A DNA stretch of 64,000 nt from NCBI GenBank assembly GCA_030141605.1, contig JAQGDQ010000114.1, positions 62,001 through 126,000 of the forward strand, given 5' to 3'. Numbering within the stretch: the first letter of the stretch is position 1; each line of letters opens with the position of its first letter. Shown here piece after piece: positions 61,401-64,000 of this stretch. This DNA is from Tubiluchus corallicola (lineage: Eukaryota > Animalia > Priapulida). The translations under genes were made by a program, and so were the position numbers. The notes beneath the pieces are model-generated. The model was not told the origin of the DNA. It did no database searches and was given only the letters and a program-made list of their open reading frames with translations.

Positions 61401-63963
61401 TTTGAGTGCTATAAGACATATAACAGTTAGTGCTAAACTAATTTCCTGAATTAACTAAAAGCAAGAGCTCAAAAACTCAGCCTATCCTACCTAGGATGAA
61501 GCTTGCTTTAAATATAACACTGTCTCTTTAACCATCAACATATTTTTAGAAGAATTGATGAGAGCCGGCACCTTCGCCACTCGCTCATTTAGCCTTACTA
61601 ACACAACCAGAAATACTGCATTGACTAAATGTGTGTATATCATCTTGTTCACAGTTTTAATATTTGCAATTTCTTTAATCTCCTATTTTAAATAAATTGA
61701 ACAAATATTTCAATTTATTTCAGAACTTTATCAGTTTGGAGGTTATGCGAAGATGAAGAAGATCGACTGTTGACATTTACTGTTCACAAACACTCAATTA
61801 CTTCAGTTTTTGTATGAAAGCCAAATATTTCCTCTTTTTTAAGTGTGATTTCCTTGTAATTTTTTTCTGTAATTTCGACAACACTAAATAAATGAACGTA
61901 GTATTCTAGGTAATGTATTCCAGCAAAAATGTATTGTATTGTATTATATTGCACTGATCGCATAAGCAGTATAAAGTAACAGGAATTTAATCATTTGTTG
62001 AATTTCAAATTTCAAACATTGCCTTTTTTATTGTGTCATTTGTGACATTGATGTAAGCGTTAATGTGTTTTTCTTGAAGTGACATTTCTTTGCCACTCAT
62101 ATTTTCTTTTAACAGCTGGTGAATGCAGCTAGCTACTTAACCACACATGTACACCATAATATTTACAGGGCATTTTCCCATAGCAAATGCCATCCATTTT
62201 GTTTTGATTTGATACGTGCCTGTCAGGCTGCCAGAAAATAAACACAGTTTGTTTATAAGTCCTGAAGATCTTGGTTATAGTGATTTTATGTAAGATAGCA
62301 GTTCAACACTGAAAAGACAAAGGTACTAGAATTTTGGTGCTTCTGGGTGCAACATAAAGTCAAGGAAACATTTGTGAGAAATACGTGGTGGCAAAATTTT
62401 ATCGTCGTCAATCATCGTCACAAAAACGGGCACCCTTAAGTTAGGACATACTGCATGTGCAAATCAGCTTTGAGAATTACATTTATTATTGTGAGTTTAC
62501 AAAGTATTGTTATATGACATGCATTATTATATGATATGTATGGTATATGTTATATTTTCTATTGTTTGGCGACATCATGTCTGTTTGTCCAGCCTAAACC
62601 ACACCACAGTTGAAATGAGATACTGATACGATATATAAAATGTGAAATTTAGAAATCTCTCATTGCAGGCAAGGGACAATTTAGTTATGAGTGGGGATAC
62701 TGGTGGTCGATTATGTTTCTGGGATTGGAGGACAGGAGAGGCTGAAACTATGATACAAGCGCATGAAAAACGGATAAACAGTATCAGTTTTCACGATACC
62801 AGATTTTTCACTGCATCAAGGTAAAATTTAATGATTTTTCTATATATCACTGTGTGGTGGCAACCGATTGTTTGAGTTTGCACTAATACTCGAGTTTGCT
62901 ACATTTGATTTATTTTAAATTCATTTTTAGTTACTCTTTACATTTCGCAATTGTTGCTTTAATTAAAATGAAACTAGTATGTGAGACTAGCTGCTATGAA
63001 ACCCAAGCTACTTGTGCCTTTAAGCATTTATAAGTGTCATCCATTATAGTGGAAATACTGTGATCAGTTATACGGTGTTGTAAATCCACTTAGAATAAAA
63101 AAAAGTTTATACATATGAATGTTGACTTCACTGAATTTGCCACACAGTAATTTTAAATATTCTTTCCTTGTAAACTGTTACATCATTTTAAAGTTTCTGT
63201 TGGCTTTTAGTGATGACTCAGTGAAAGAATGGGATCTGGGCACATTGGTTTGCTTGAGGATATTGTCTAGTCATAAAGGGCCTGTGAGAGCTGTACAGGT
63301 AATGCTCTTCCAATTTTTACCTAGAGAAATCTAACTATAAATGAGATTTGAATTGAAATCATGAACGTGGTATAGCAACTTAGAAGGCTTTTTGGATTAA
63401 TCTGGAAAGCGAAATTCTTTTCTTAATCCGATGAAAAAAACAAATTTCCATCTGGTACACTACCAAAGTTTTACATAGCTAAAGTTTCAGAATTGTATCT
63501 GTTCATTATAAGTATGGCAAAATAGAGAACACAAAACAGTCAACAGGGAACACAAAGTAATTTAAAATTGCTGCACCTTTTTGCTTTAACCCTCTCTTAA
63601 TCTCTCTGATAACTCTCATATTAATTGCTAACTACATACATAGTGCGACTAATCTGCATTTAAGAAAAATAAACAGGATCCAACAATTTATTATAACACA
63701 AGGATATGTGTAGCTTAGAATAAGCATGACAGCAACTGATGCTGCTTACAAAAAATTAACAAGTTTTTTCAATGTACCCAACTGATTTGTCGCAGGTGGA
63801 TGATAATTATATAGTAACTGCTGGCGATGATGCAAGAGTGCTTATCTATGAAACCCAAGAACCTTTGAAAGGCTTGGAAGTGGCAGCTACTTCTACTCTT
63901 CCATTCAAGACTTTAGTAATGCAGAAACCAGACGAGGATGATGGCATTGAGTTGGCGGTGTGA
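44828..63963 (+). CDS. F-box/WD40-repeat protein (F-box, about 320-aa linker, 7 WD40 repeats); N-terminal exon(s) uncertain
   Basis: Phase-consistent exons 44828-44994 (F-box: IDDVSDNILMKIFKFLPEDDLEIVAQVSPKWQQL), 45768-45863, 46094(or 46103)-46189, 46909-47169, 49613-49693, 50454-50667, 51919-52027, 52443-52550, 54700-54828, 55082-55150, 56674-56762, 56983-57123, 61724-61811, 62669-62820, 63211-63298, 63796-63963 (TGA); WD motifs such as GHCGSVTCLKF..SGSEDATVRLWS and SHKGPVRAVQ. Confidence 0.9.
46429..46522. repeat. (TATG)n microsatellite, about 23 units
   Basis: Perfect tetranucleotide run. Confidence 0.95.
47248..48123 (+). mobile_element. pogo/Tigger-like MITE, complete (876 bp)
   Basis: TA|CAGTAGGCGCCATTTATTAGACTCA ... 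TGAGTCTCTTAAGTGGTACCTACTT|TA: about 25-bp TIRs and a TA TSD. Confidence 0.8.
50915..51810 (+). pseudogene. Decayed pogo/Tigger (CENP-B-like) transposase
   Basis: Frameshifted LSVKKKL..ACEEYGV (HTH-psq-like), LDNAPAHP (about 51666) and NVTSVGMPLDQGV (about 51746), which are DDE_1 motifs. Confidence 0.75.
52600..52960 (+). mobile_element. Degenerate tRNA-derived SINE-like element
   Basis: A-box-like TGGCAGAGGTTAGTG (about 52624) and B-box-like GGATCGATTCTC (about 52688), followed by a SINE-core-like segment. Confidence 0.4.
53414..53974 (+). mobile_element. hAT deletion derivative with 8-bp TSD
   Basis: Right TIR CTGGAGCCGCCCCTG, degenerate left TIR CAAAGGCAGGTTTCAAG, TSD gtaatgtt/gtaacatt; internal KLHRFKIWVRNSMGEE*LTG.TLMNIHRDI...DIITRFA matches the hAT C-terminal dimerisation domain. 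Confidence 0.8.
57685..57771. repeat. Perfect 44-bp tandem duplication
   Basis: TCTTCACCAAACTTAAAACAAAGTCAGGCCAGCAATTTATTCT at 57685-57727 and 57729-57771. Confidence 0.95.
57900..58699 (+). mobile_element. Third copy of the same MITE family (left end lost)
   Basis: Right TIR TGAGTCTATTAAGCGGTGCCTACTG|TA; internal match to 47450-48123 (e.g. TTTCTGGAAGCTAA.CATTTAATC.CTTG). Confidence 0.75.
58780..61120 (+). mobile_element. Decayed RTE-like LINE (RT remnant), interrupted by a pogo element
   Basis: AEFFQKMF, FTKEEVKHAAKPLEN, GMLIPLSKPGK, IDMSNTFDSVRR, FSTNKGVVQDDCLSLILFSLYL; frameshifts and an internal deletion. Confidence 0.8.
59324..60280 (-). mobile_element. pogo/Tigger-like deletion derivative nested in the LINE
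   Basis: TA|CAGTAAGCCCTCACTTAA ... TTAAGCAAGGACTTACTA|TA TIRs; minus-strand ANALQCRKEVLDEKK resembles the Tigger transposase C-terminus; LINE reading frame resumes after 60282. Confidence 0.75.
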
Positions 63964-64000
63964 TGTTTTGATGCGTAATAGTATTTAATTATTATAATAT

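Overview
AT-rich, intron-containing animal (probably invertebrate) genomic DNA. It is not prokaryotic, so most ORF-track entries are spurious or are exon fragments. Manual splice-site and reading-frame reconstruction gives three protein-coding genes. (1) An EMAP/EML microtubule-associated protein gene on the minus strand that runs off the left edge; it has 4-5 alternative phase-1 first coding exons, apparently duplicated cassette exons and a U12-type intron. (2) A complete CDKN3/KAP phosphatase gene (minus strand, 6 coding exons, 206 aa). (3) A divergently oriented F-box/7xWD40 gene (plus strand, at least 16 coding exons, N-terminus unresolved) with an unusually long linker containing DE(Y/H)G repeats. 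Introns and the intergenic region hold decayed transposons: CR1/L2-like and RTE-like LINEs, pogo/Tigger and hAT derivatives, a non-autonomous Helitron, and a solo LTR carrying heat-shock elements. A roughly 360-bp inverted repeat also brackets a 5' exon of the F-box gene. All calls come from reading the sequence by eye; no database searches were run.
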